Positions 9,067-18,763 of a stretch of 64,000 bases of DNA are shown here, piece after piece. Positions within the stretch are counted from its first letter, which is position 1; every line of letters starts with the position of its first letter. Below the pieces are notes generated by a model. The model was given only the letters and a program-made list of their open reading frames with translations, was not told where the DNA came from and searched no databases. This stretch comes from Eubacteriales bacterium (GTDB lineage: Bacteria; Bacillota; Clostridia; Lachnospirales; JAITVM01): positions 774 to 64,773 of the forward strand of contig JAVBOA010000010.1 in assembly GCA_031551135.1 (NCBI GenBank). Direction: 5' to 3'. Made by a program: the position numbers and the translations under genes.

Positions 9067-10440
9067 GTGAAGAAAAATTTTAATAAAGTTCTGGTTACAT
9101 CACTGGTTCTTGGATTGTTTGCAACCTCGACAGTTTATGGCGCGGCTATATCCAAAACCCTAAAGGCATTCTACCGCGATATAAAGATTTATGTAAATGA
9201 TGTTCAAATTGATCCGAAAGACCAAAACGGCAACAGCGTTGAACCATTTATAGTGAACGATTCAACATATTTACCTTTGCGTGCGATTTCGGAAGTAACA
9301 GGCAACGCAGTTATATGGGAAGATAAAACATCTTCCATTAAAATCAACAGTAAAGTCAAATATCCAATAGATTATTTATACGGAGATTTCGGACTATACA
9401 GCATGTATATAGACGGCTCAAGAATGACTATACAGGAAAAAATTGCGACAAAACCCGTTTTTTCGGTATTTAGGAATAAAACAGACTCTCGAGATAATTA
9501 TTTTTTTGTTACTATGACTGACGAACAATATAATTTGCAAAAAAATAATGACCGCTTTGACCATATGCGCGACGGAAAGCTTTTGATACAATACAATTCG
9601 CAGGACGGAAATAGAATTATTCTCGATACAAGAAATATTTCGGAAGTAAACGGATATAAATTAGAAGGCATTGATGAAGTCACTAATGTAAGCGGTGATG
9701 AAGTATTTTTTTCATCTTACGCAAAATCAGAATCCGGGACGGATTATTTCTACTATGAATATAAAATCAATCTTAAAACATACAAAATTACAGTTCTGAA
9801 CTATACTCCTTCAAAAGATGACGAAAGTAAATATACTGCTTCCACTAAGCAAGATTTTATTAATAAGCAAATATCCAATCAGCAATTAGCGGTTAATAAT
9901 TATAAAGCTCCCGAATCTTCGATTCTAAAGCCGGAAGACGGCGGTTTATATATTGAATATTTGACGGGTGATAAAGCCGGTAAAAAAGAATTAATTTACG
10001 ATAGGCCGGTTTCCCAGGCTCTAAAATCTTCCGATGATTTGTATTGCGTTCTCACGGTAAATGATGAAATCCTAAAAAAATATAAGAACGGCGGATTTGG
10101 GGAAAGTGGTATGTATTTTGAGGATTATACGGTTTTGCAAATAATAGATAAAAACGGTACTGTTAAAAAAGATTTTATCGATATCCCAAACAGAAGGATT
10201 ACGTTAATTTCTTTCGACGGCAAAACCATCGAATACAGTACTACAATTAAGGAATCAGCTTCCAGATCGGGTTTCTTTAATTATTCAATAAACACAGATA
10301 CAGGAAAAATTACAGTACTTTCTTTCAGCTCTGAAATAATGAGTTTAGGACATTTTTACGGAGATATTACCGAGTACAACAAATATAACGCCGAACGTGT
10401 AGCCGAAGAACAAGAACGCATCGACAAAGGATTGAATTAG
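9067..10440 (+). CDS. Secreted protein with an N-terminal copper-amine-oxidase-N-like (stalk) domain and a repeated beta-rich module
   Basis: GTG start with AGGGGAG RBS and a signal peptide. The stalk domain motif is IKIYVNDVQI...VEPFIVNDSTYLPLRAISEVTGNAVIWEDKTSSIKI. Paralog of the next gene. Confidence 0.7.
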   Translation: MKKNFNKVLVTSLVLGLFATSTVYGAAISKTLKAFYRDIKIYVNDVQIDPKDQNGNSVEPFIVNDSTYLPLRAISEVTGNAVIWEDKTSSIKINSKVKYPIDYLYGDFGLYSMYIDGSRMTIQEKIATKPVFSVFRNKTDSRDNYFFVTMTDEQYNLQKNNDRFDHMRDGKLLIQYNSQDGNRIILDTRNISEVNGYKLEGIDEVTNVSGDEVFFSSYAKSESGTDYFYYEYKINLKTYKITVLNYTPSKDDESKYTASTKQDFINKQISNQQLAVNNYKAPESSILKPEDGGLYIEYLTGDKAGKKELIYDRPVSQALKSSDDLYCVLTVNDEILKKYKNGGFGESGMYFEDYTVLQIIDKNGTVKKDFIDIPNRRITLISFDGKTIEYSTTIKESASRSGFFNYSINTDTGKITVLSFSSEIMSLGHFYGDITEYNKYNAERVAEEQERIDKGLN

Positions 10441-10652
10441 CCCCGAAATTTTCGGTTTTCTTTCTCATTTGGCGGTGAAACGCTGCCGCCGGAGCATTAC
10501 TGCGGTTTGGTTTTTCTGATTAATATAATAAAATCAATAAGAATCAAATCGCATTTTAATCAATATATTAATGCTATATATTTCAAAGGCGGTTGACATG
10601 CACCGCCGCAACAGACCAATTATTTTTATTTCTTTAAAAGGTGGGAATTAGT

Positions 10653-12581
10653 ATGAAAAAAAATCTGAAAAAAATTTTGACTACAACTCTCGTAGTTGGA
10701 TTATTTGCGACTTCGACAGTTTACGCGGCTACTATCAGCAAAACTTTGCAGGCATATTACCGTGACATAAAAATTTACGTTGACAGCAAACTGTTTAAAC
10801 CTGTCGATGTTAATGGAAACAGCGTCGAGCCGTTTATTGTAAACAATTCCACTTATCTTCCATTAAGAGCGGTTTCGGAGGCCGTTGGCTGCGAAATCGG
10901 CTGGGACGACAAAACCAACACAATTACAGTTAAAACCGGCGCAATCACAGCAAACAGCTTTACTTTCGGCAATTTTGGATTATATGATGTTTCAATTGTC
11001 GGCGGCAAAGTTAATTTGACAAAACATTATATAAACAAACCTGTTATTTCCGCTTATAAATTAAGCGACGAAAATTATGTTATTGCAACAATTACAGACG
11101 AACAATTTAAATCGGGAAATTTATCAAATATCAATAATTTCACAGACGGAAAACTTTTGCAAACAATAGATTACAGCGGAAAAACCAAAACTATCATTGA
11201 CACAAGAACCCTCAATAAATCAAATGGCTATTCTCTGGACGGAATTTATGAAATTACAGGCGCAAAAGGCGACGAGATATTTTTTAAATCCGCCGTAAAA
11301 TCCGAAAAGGGAACAACAAATTCATATTACGAATACTCGGTTAATACAAAAACAAATAAAATTACTGTTTTGAATTATGTTCCGGGCTCGAATGACGAGG
11401 GCAAATATGCTCCTTCAAAATTAAAAGAATATGTTGCCCAACAAGTTGCCAATCAGCAAGCGGCTATCGACGGAACTAAACCTGCTGAAACATTTGACCT
11501 TATTTTCGGCAGCGAAGGTTTGACTATAGATTATAAAACCGGAGATAATGCCGGCAAAAAAACTAAAATATATTCGAAACCGGTTTTGTCGGCAATAAAA
11601 ATTTCCAATGACCAGTTCGCAATCCTTACTGTTACAGATGCCGAAGCCAAAAAAGTTCAAAACGGCTCTACCGGATTCGGAACATTGGCTTATCAAGAAG
11701 GCAAGATTATACAAATAATCGATAAAAACGGAAATATAAAAGAAGAAGTTTTGAATATCACAAAAGCCGACTCCACGCTTAAATATATTAACGAAATAAA
11801 ATCCTGTGATGACAAGACTGTTGTTTTCACAAGATCAGTTTCCGTAGGCCAAACAAAATACGACACTTACACTTATTCTTATAACAGGTCTACTAAAAAA
11901 ATAACTGTTACCGATTATACTTCGGATGTTTATACGCTTGGATATTTCAGCGGAAACACTACCGAATTTAATAAATATATTCAAAACGCAATTGCCTCCG
12001 AGCAAGGCGTTATTGATAATAAAAAACCTGCTGAAACATATGACCTCGTAGCAAGCGCTAACGGTTTGGTTATTGAATATAAAACGGGCGATAATGCAGG
12101 AACAAAAACAACTATATTCACAAATCCTGTTCTTTCCGCAGTAAAAGTCAACGATGATTTATTTGCTATCTTTACTGTAAGCAATGACGAAGCGGCTAAA
12201 ATCAAAGCCACTCCAAGTTTATATAATAGCCCTACAACTTGTATTTTGAAAACTATCGATAAAACCGGCGCTGTTAAAAGCGAACATATGGATATTATGA
12301 AGCTTATTGGCACAGCCACTAATCTTTCGACACCGGAAATCGGAACATTTGACGGAAAAAACCTTAGCTTTATAATTCCGGGCAGAGATGATAATGATTC
12401 GAATAAAGATTTTGAATTCACTTATAATCTCGAAGTAAATACAAAAAGACTTATTGTTCGTGATTTTTACTCAGAATTTTTTACTTTAGAATATTTTAAA
12501 GGCATCGCTGCAGATTTTAATGAATACAAAGAAATGAGAATATCTGACGAACAAACAAGAGTTGGCGATTATTATAAATAA
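10653..12581 (+). CDS. Secreted paralog of 9067..10440 with the C-terminal module duplicated
   Basis: Same signal peptide and stalk domain (IKIYVDSKLF...VEPFIVNNSTYLPLRAVSEAVGCEIGWDDKTNTITV). The module KPAET(F/Y)DL...GL(T/V)I(D/E)YKTGDNAG(K/T)KT.I(Y/F)..PVLSA(I/V)K occurs twice. Confidence 0.7.
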   Translation: MKKNLKKILTTTLVVGLFATSTVYAATISKTLQAYYRDIKIYVDSKLFKPVDVNGNSVEPFIVNNSTYLPLRAVSEAVGCEIGWDDKTNTITVKTGAITANSFTFGNFGLYDVSIVGGKVNLTKHYINKPVISAYKLSDENYVIATITDEQFKSGNLSNINNFTDGKLLQTIDYSGKTKTIIDTRTLNKSNGYSLDGIYEITGAKGDEIFFKSAVKSEKGTTNSYYEYSVNTKTNKITVLNYVPGSNDEGKYAPSKLKEYVAQQVANQQAAIDGTKPAETFDLIFGSEGLTIDYKTGDNAGKKTKIYSKPVLSAIKISNDQFAILTVTDAEAKKVQNGSTGFGTLAYQEGKIIQIIDKNGNIKEEVLNITKADSTLKYINEIKSCDDKTVVFTRSVSVGQTKYDTYTYSYNRSTKKITVTDYTSDVYTLGYFSGNTTEFNKYIQNAIASEQGVIDNKKPAETYDLVASANGLVIEYKTGDNAGTKTTIFTNPVLSAVKVNDDLFAIFTVSNDEAAKIKATPSLYNSPTTCILKTIDKTGAVKSEHMDIMKLIGTATNLSTPEIGTFDGKNLSFIIPGRDDNDSNKDFEFTYNLEVNTKRLIVRDFYSEFFTLEYFKGIAADFNEYKEMRISDEQTRVGDYYK

Positions 12582-12667
12582 TCCGTTCGTCTTGTAGATT
12601 ATTTTTGCCGCCTTATGCTATAAGTATTACGCAAAATATCTGCATTTTGGTTTGAGGATTTAAGTAT

Positions 12668-12709
12668 AACGGGAGTTCGCTGAGCGTTTTTGCTCATAGA
12701 ACTCCCGTT
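12668..12709 (+). terminator. Hairpin terminator after 10653..12581
   Basis: AACGGGAGTTC...GAACTCCCGTT 11-bp stem followed by CTTTAATT. Confidence 0.55.
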
Positions 12710-12717
12710 CTTTAATT

Positions 12718-12831
12718 ATACTATTTTCAATATTAAGGGTAGAAAAAAATATTTCATTTCGCGCCAGAAGCATTGCGCGAAACGCTCCGCTGTGAAAAAT
12801 TTTTTTCTACTTATCAAAATGAAAATAGTAT
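12718..12831 (+). repeat. Long-form (114 bp) palindromic MITE-like repeat, orientation A
   Basis: Terminal inverted repeats ATACTATTTTCA / TGAAAATAGTAT. Inner inverted TAGAAAAAAA / TTTTTTTCTA. Central hairpin TTTCGCGC-cagaagcatt-GCGCGAAA followed by CGCTCCGCTGTGAAA. Confidence 0.85.
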
Positions 12832-14675
12832 TAAATAATATATTTTATTTCGATTGGCTTGCTTAATTCAATTTCTTTTATCAATAAATCATTTTCGGCG
12901 TATAAAATTACTTTCGAATCCGTGATATTTTCGGGATAAACTCTGGCTGTAAATGTAAATATTCCGCCAAACATAAATATTTCTATGGAAGAAGAATCTA
13001 CACAGATTTCAAACTCAAATGCAGAATCCGGCTTTTCGGGCAGAGCTTTAATTATTTTATCTATATCTCCCAAAATATTTCGCTCAAGGATTATTGTATT
13101 ACCATCAGAATTATAATAAAAATCCGCAAAATTTTGAATTTTAACACATAAACTTCCGCTTGCAATTCCTTTTAAAACAAAACAAGGCTCACCGCTATAA
13201 ATTTCCCGTATTTCGCCCTGTTTCAACGAAAATCCTTTATCAAAAAATAAAATCTCTCTGTTTTCCAAAATCGGTTTTTGAATTAAATATCCGTCTTTTT
13301 CCGAAAGCATTCTCGGGACAGACATTGCGCCTGCCCAATTATATTTTTCGGTCGGGTGAACGCTTTCCCAATTATCCATCCATCCGAATAAAATTCGCCG
13401 GCTGTTATCAGAATAAGATTGCGGAGCGTAAAAATCCGGCCCTAAATCTAAAAGCTTAAATTCCGAACCCTCAAAACGCCCTGTATTATAATCAAGTTTT
13501 CCGACACTGTAAATTACATCGTGAGATTTTCCCGCCAAAGAAATAATGAGTATGTCCACATTTCCCAAATGAAAAATATCCGGACATTCCCATACTTCGC
13601 CTTCAGCCGGCGCGCCTTCCAGCATAACGGATAAAAATTCCCAATTATATAAATCAAGCGATTTATAAAGCAAAATCTGTCCGCTTCCGTTTTTACAATT
13701 GCCTATAACCGTGTAAAAAACTCCGTCTTTTTCCCAAATTTTCGGATCACGAAATTCCTGTTCAAATTCACTACCCGGCGTAATGACCGGATTTTTTTCG
13801 TATTTAATAAAATTCCTTCCGTCCGTGCTTTTCGCAATGCATTGCACTTCTTTCGGGTCGCCAAAGTCCAAATGACCGGTATACATTAAATATAAATCGC
13901 CGCCGAACGAAATTGCGCTACCCGAATAACAGCCGTTCAAATCATACGGCATATTCGGCGCAATGGCGGTCGGCTCTATTTTCCATTCTGCCAAATCTGC
14001 AGATGAAAAATGCACCCAATGCTTGTATCCGTTTTTTGGCTCAAAAGGATACGCCTGATAAAATAAATGATGCCTGCCATTGTGAAAAACTGCTCCGTTC
14101 GGGTCGTTCATCCAGCCGGTCGGCGGTATAAGATGATATTTTAATTTATGCGGGCCTTTGATCATATTCATTCGGCTTTCGATGAATTTATTGGAGGCTT
14201 CCAGCATTTTTTCCGTTTCGCAGTCTTCGAGAGAATAAAAAGCAAATTTTCGGAATAATAATTTGCCGTCGTTTTTTAATAGGATATTATTGTTTGGATT
14301 TAAGCCTGTATGCATAACGAATTTACTTTCATTAATTAAAATTTCGCAGGAAGAAATATCGTTATAAATCTCAAATTTTAATAAATGCTCGTCATACAGC
14401 TCAAAAGGGAATTTAATTTTTTCTTTTTCGAAACCCGGAATAAAAAATATAATCTTCTTTTTTAAATCAAATTTAATCTCGCATTTATTTTCAAAATTTT
14501 CGTCAGCGTTGAAAAATAATGAAAATTTTTTGGCATCGGATTTTGATAAATCAATCACAAATCTAATTTCAAATTTTACCGACTTTTTTAGCTTCTCATT
14601 TTTTTTAATTATGAAATTCTCTTTTTCAAAACCCTTTTTCCGAATTTGCATAAATTTATTATAGATATCAACCAT
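12831..14675 (-). CDS. Glycoside hydrolase family 32 (beta-fructofuranosidase / sucrose-6-phosphate hydrolase-like) with an extra N-terminal domain
   Basis: WMNDPNG, FRDPKIW and ECPD catalytic motifs. No signal peptide. About 170 aa of N-terminal extension. The stop codon overlaps the last base of the repeat at 12831. Confidence 0.85.
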   Translation of the reverse strand: MVDIYNKFMQIRKKGFEKENFIIKKNEKLKKSVKFEIRFVIDLSKSDAKKFSLFFNADENFENKCEIKFDLKKKIIFFIPGFEKEKIKFPFELYDEHLLKFEIYNDISSCEILINESKFVMHTGLNPNNNILLKNDGKLLFRKFAFYSLEDCETEKMLEASNKFIESRMNMIKGPHKLKYHLIPPTGWMNDPNGAVFHNGRHHLFYQAYPFEPKNGYKHWVHFSSADLAEWKIEPTAIAPNMPYDLNGCYSGSAISFGGDLYLMYTGHLDFGDPKEVQCIAKSTDGRNFIKYEKNPVITPGSEFEQEFRDPKIWEKDGVFYTVIGNCKNGSGQILLYKSLDLYNWEFLSVMLEGAPAEGEVWECPDIFHLGNVDILIISLAGKSHDVIYSVGKLDYNTGRFEGSEFKLLDLGPDFYAPQSYSDNSRRILFGWMDNWESVHPTEKYNWAGAMSVPRMLSEKDGYLIQKPILENREILFFDKGFSLKQGEIREIYSGEPCFVLKGIASGSLCVKIQNFADFYYNSDGNTIILERNILGDIDKIIKALPEKPDSAFEFEICVDSSSIEIFMFGGIFTFTARVYPENITDSKVILYAENDLLIKEIELSKPIEIKYII

Positions 14676-14842
14676 AGTTCACATCCCAATTTATAATTTT
14701 TTATGGTAAAATGACACATATTAATCTATACTCAATAAATAATAGTACACTATATTTAATTTTTTGTCTTACAAATTTTTAGGATTTATTATAAAATTAA
14801 TTTACTTGAATTTATAAAAAACGGAATGGAGGAGATTTTATT

Positions 14843-16600
14843 ATGATAAAGATATCGAACGCCAATAAACCGCTAAGAAACAGGCTGACTGCGAGTTTTT
14901 CAACGATAATTATGATTTGCGTTATATCCATAAGCATAATTTGTACGATTTATTTTACCTCCACCGTAAAAGAACAAAATTTCACACACACGGCGCAAAT
15001 GCTTGAGCAAGTTCAATATAATGTGGACGCGTATGTAAAAGGTACAGAGGAGATTATTTCGATATTAAGCCGTTCGCCGGAAGTCGTGGAATACATGAGG
15101 CTTCCGCTTTATCAAGAGGATACAAGGGTTGAATACGAGACTTCTCTCCGAAAATTACTTCTTAATTATAAAAAAGAATTAAAAAGCATTGCCGGTATTA
15201 TTATATCCAGCAACAGCAAATATGTTTCAAACGAATTTTACCGGCTTGTAAAAGATTCTTTCAATAATGAGCATTGGTATAAATCGGCTGTCGAAAACCC
15301 CGACCGCCTTATTATTGTGCCCAAACCCATCAAAAGAAATTTGCGTAACTGGATGAATTATTCCGGAAACGAAGTAGTTATGCTATCCAAAGCGGTTATC
15401 GACCCGCTGACCGGAAAGCCTTTGGGTGTTATAGCCGCCGATTTGAAATTAGACGAAATTGCTTCATTTCTGTCTGAGCTTAAACTCGGCCAGAAAGGCA
15501 CAATTTTTATTATGGATGAAAACGGAGAAGTAGTTTATACGCCGATTAACCCGCTGGTTTATAGAGTTCGCTCGAACTGGTTCGGCAATAATGATATTTC
15601 CGAAAAACAATTTTCCGCAAATATAAACGGCGACCCGTTTGCTTTTTTATATTCCGTCTCAAAATACACAGGCTGGAAAACAATCGGAATGTTTTCGCAG
15701 GAAGCTCCGCCGGGAATCGTATCGGCTTTGCAGGGCACAATTGCTATCGTTGCAATAATAATTCTGATTTTCGGGATATTGACCGGGCTTGTTTTGACGC
15801 GGTCTGTGACTGAGCCGATTTTGCATTTGCAAAAATTGATGAAACAAGCGGAAGACGGAGATTTAAAAGTCTATTATGAAAATAAAAACTCGTATGATAT
15901 CGATAAATTGGGCGCAAGCTTTAATACAATGATAAGCAAAATCAGAGAGCTTTTGGAGGTTGTACTGAAAGAACAAAAGTCAAAGAGGGAAGCCGAATTA
16001 AAGGCCTTGCAGGCGCAAATCAATCCGCATTTTTTGTATAATACGCTGGACACTATTCATTGGATGGCGAAAGAATACAACGCCCTCGATATCGTGGATT
16101 TGGTGAATGCCCTCACAAAGCTTTTTAGAATCGGACTTTCAAAAGGTAAAGAATACATAAACCTTTCGGAAGAAATTGCACATGTTGAATCATACCTTCA
16201 TATACAAAAAGTTAGATATGAGGAAAAACTAAGCTATACATTAAAAGTTGACGAGTCACTTTATAAGCTCAAAATTCTAAAAATTATTATTCAGCCGCTT
16301 GTTGAAAACGCAATTTATCACGGTATTAAAGAAAAACAAGGCAACGGAAATATTTATATTTCGGTTTTTAAGGAAGGCAGAAGCATTATTATAGAAGTTG
16401 CCGACGATGGCGCAGGCATGGAAAGCTCAATGATAGACGAAATCAATAATTCGCTTAAATCAAACGAAAACCAAAAAGGTTACGGAATTTATAATGTCAA
16501 CGAACGTTTGATGATGCATTTTGGCTCTGAGTTTTTTTTAATTTTGTACGCCAACGAATACGGCGGAATTACAAGCAAAATCAAACATCCTATTTTATAG
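14843..16600 (+). CDS. Sensor histidine kinase (YesM/LytS-type: two TM segments, extracellular sensor, HAMP, His_kinase, HATPase)
   Basis: QINPHFLYNTLDTI (PF06580-type phosphoacceptor region), ENAIYHGI, DDGAGM, GYGIYNV ATPase motifs. Two TM segments flank a ~260-aa loop. Confidence 0.85.
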   Translation: MIKISNANKPLRNRLTASFSTIIMICVISISIICTIYFTSTVKEQNFTHTAQMLEQVQYNVDAYVKGTEEIISILSRSPEVVEYMRLPLYQEDTRVEYETSLRKLLLNYKKELKSIAGIIISSNSKYVSNEFYRLVKDSFNNEHWYKSAVENPDRLIIVPKPIKRNLRNWMNYSGNEVVMLSKAVIDPLTGKPLGVIAADLKLDEIASFLSELKLGQKGTIFIMDENGEVVYTPINPLVYRVRSNWFGNNDISEKQFSANINGDPFAFLYSVSKYTGWKTIGMFSQEAPPGIVSALQGTIAIVAIIILIFGILTGLVLTRSVTEPILHLQKLMKQAEDGDLKVYYENKNSYDIDKLGASFNTMISKIRELLEVVLKEQKSKREAELKALQAQINPHFLYNTLDTIHWMAKEYNALDIVDLVNALTKLFRIGLSKGKEYINLSEEIAHVESYLHIQKVRYEEKLSYTLKVDESLYKLKILKIIIQPLVENAIYHGIKEKQGNGNIYISVFKEGRSIIIEVADDGAGMESSMIDEINNSLKSNENQKGYGIYNVNERLMMHFGSEFFLILYANEYGGITSKIKHPIL

Positions 16601-16612
16601 CGAGGTGAGTTT

Positions 16613-17809
16613 ATGTGGAAAGTTATGGTTGTTGATGATGAACCGAAAATCCGGCGAGGATTGTGCCGTTTTATTGAAAATTCGGAGCTACCGCTAATTT
16701 TATGCGGGCAGGCAAGCGACGGTATTTCGGCGGCAAAATTAGCACTCGAAACCGAACCTGATATTATTCTTTTGGATATTTGTATGCCAAAAATGGACGG
16801 TTTGGAATTTCTTTCTTTGCTCAGAAAAAACAGCATTAACGCAAAAACCATACTGATTACGGGTTTTGACGAATTTTCTTTTGCGCAGACCAGTATTTCG
16901 CTGAAAGCCTTCGCCTATCTTCTAAAACCCATTGATGACAATACACTTCACAACCATTTAGAGAAGGCTATCCATGAACTTGAAGCCGAGCAAGCCGAAA
17001 CGAAACAGAAAAAACAGGCTTTGTACCAATTAGAAAAAAACAGCGTTTTGCTAAAACAAATTTTCGGGCGCGATTGGGCAAACGGCCGCCTAAGCCAATC
17101 GCAAATCGAAGAACAAATTAATTTTTGGGGATATGAATTGGAGAATGGATTTTATTTGACTGTTGTAAGCCCGAATCTAAAACCTCTCCATCAAATTACA
17201 TCAAAGGAAAAAGAATTAATGCTTTTTGCCGTTGATAATATGGCGGCCGAGACTTTGGAGAAATTCAATATTTTCTTTAGCTTTCGTGATATAAATTCGT
17301 ATTCTTTAATGCTTTCAGAAAAATATCCGACTGCAGAAATTTGTGAGCAGGTAAATATTAATACCAGGCAGCATTTAGAAATCGGATGTGTTGTAAAATC
17401 ATGTCCGGTTAAAAGTCCGGAAACGCTTCATGAAATTTACGCTCAATTAAAAGAGGATATTGAAGCGGAGGAAAATGCAAACCCTTTAGTTGATGAAGTT
17501 ATAAACTATATTGATAAAAATTACGGCAACCCTTCGCTGTCGCTGATTGATTTATCAAATGCCCTCTGCATCAGCCAATCGTATATTTGCAAAGTTTTAA
17601 AATCAAAATCAAAAACCTCTTTTGTTGAATATCTGACAGAAAAAAGAGTAAAAGAGGCTATGCGGCTTTTATCCGAGACGGATTTTAAAATTTCTTTGAT
17701 TTCTCAAAAAGTCGGTTTTTTTAATCAGCATTATTTCAGTTCGGTTTTTAAAAAATATACAGGAGTGTCTCCGTCTGTATTTCGCGAAAAAAATTTAGGG
17801 AATGATTAA
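16613..17809 (+). CDS. Response regulator with AraC-type HTH output (YesN-like)
   Basis: REC domain (MVVDDEP...DIILLDICMPKMDG...LKP). C-terminal AraC HTH (ISQKVGFFNQHYFSSVFKKYTGVSPSVFR). Confidence 0.85.
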   Translation: MWKVMVVDDEPKIRRGLCRFIENSELPLILCGQASDGISAAKLALETEPDIILLDICMPKMDGLEFLSLLRKNSINAKTILITGFDEFSFAQTSISLKAFAYLLKPIDDNTLHNHLEKAIHELEAEQAETKQKKQALYQLEKNSVLLKQIFGRDWANGRLSQSQIEEQINFWGYELENGFYLTVVSPNLKPLHQITSKEKELMLFAVDNMAAETLEKFNIFFSFRDINSYSLMLSEKYPTAEICEQVNINTRQHLEIGCVVKSCPVKSPETLHEIYAQLKEDIEAEENANPLVDEVINYIDKNYGNPSLSLIDLSNALCISQSYICKVLKSKSKTSFVEYLTEKRVKEAMRLLSETDFKISLISQKVGFFNQHYFSSVFKKYTGVSPSVFREKNLGND

Positions 17810-18716
17810 ATTGAAGCTTTTATTTACAAAAATTACGCTGTTGATTTTGATGATTATGCTCTTTTGTTCATGCCAAAAAAAATCAGACGGATATAAATAT
17901 GTAATCGGTGTGAGCCAATCCAATTTAGTTGAGCCGGCTCAAATTGCGCTATATGAAGAAATCCTTGCGGAAGGAAATAAATATTCCGACCTAAAATTAA
18001 TTTTCAGCGATTCTTCCGGCGAATCCAAAAGACAGGAAAGCGAAATAAACCGGCTTATGGAATTGGGAATCGACTTGCTGATTGTATCGCCCGCCGATTC
18101 AAAATCCCTGACTCCTGCGATTAATGAAGTTTATAAAAAAATACCCGTGATTGTTATGGACAGAAATATCGAATCTGATAATTATACGCTTTTTATCGGC
18201 GCAAATAATAAAAAAATCGGAACAATGGCAGGAGATTTTATTGTAGATATTCTTGGAGAAAAAGGCGGAAATGTTTTGGAATTAATGGGAAATGTTTCGT
18301 CTGTTCCTACACAGGATATATCTATGGGCTTGGATGAAGTATTAAAAAATAATCCCAATATAAATTTGATGGGAAAAGTCGACGCGAATTGGCTCAGAGA
18401 CCCCGCAGAGATGATTATGAAATCATTCCTCATGAGAAATCAAAAAGTCGATATCGTTTTCGCGCATAATGATGCTATGGCATACGGCGCGTATCTCGCC
18501 GCGCAGCAATACAGGGTTTACGGTATTAAATTTATCGGCGTCGGCGGGCTTGAGGAAGAAGGCGTAAAAATGGTTGAATCAGAAATTTTCGCAGGAACGT
18601 TTTTTCGGGAAATCGGCGGAAAATCAGCCGTAGATTATGCAATAAAAATTCTGGACGGCGAAAGCGAAATCCCGAAACAAATTATTTTGGAACCGGAAAT
18701 AATAAAAGCAAATTAA
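17802..18716 (+). CDS. Periplasmic sugar-binding-protein-like lipoprotein, probable third component of the sensor system
   Basis: Lipobox LFCSC. PBP-I pattern (VIGVSQSNLVEPAQ, LLIVSPAD, PVIVMDR). The start overlaps the regulator stop (ATGATTAA). Confidence 0.7.
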   Translation: MIKLKLLFTKITLLILMIMLFCSCQKKSDGYKYVIGVSQSNLVEPAQIALYEEILAEGNKYSDLKLIFSDSSGESKRQESEINRLMELGIDLLIVSPADSKSLTPAINEVYKKIPVIVMDRNIESDNYTLFIGANNKKIGTMAGDFIVDILGEKGGNVLELMGNVSSVPTQDISMGLDEVLKNNPNINLMGKVDANWLRDPAEMIMKSFLMRNQKVDIVFAHNDAMAYGAYLAAQQYRVYGIKFIGVGGLEEEGVKMVESEIFAGTFFREIGGKSAVDYAIKILDGESEIPKQIILEPEIIKAN

Positions 18717-18720
18717 AAAA

Positions 18721-18739
18721 ACACCTTAAAATAAGGTGT
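18721..18739. terminator. Bidirectional intrinsic terminator
   Basis: ACACCTTA-aaa-TAAGGTGT perfect 8-bp stem, A-run upstream and T-rich tract downstream. Confidence 0.7.
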
Positions 18740-18763
18740 TTGAAAATTTTTGCAAAACTGATG

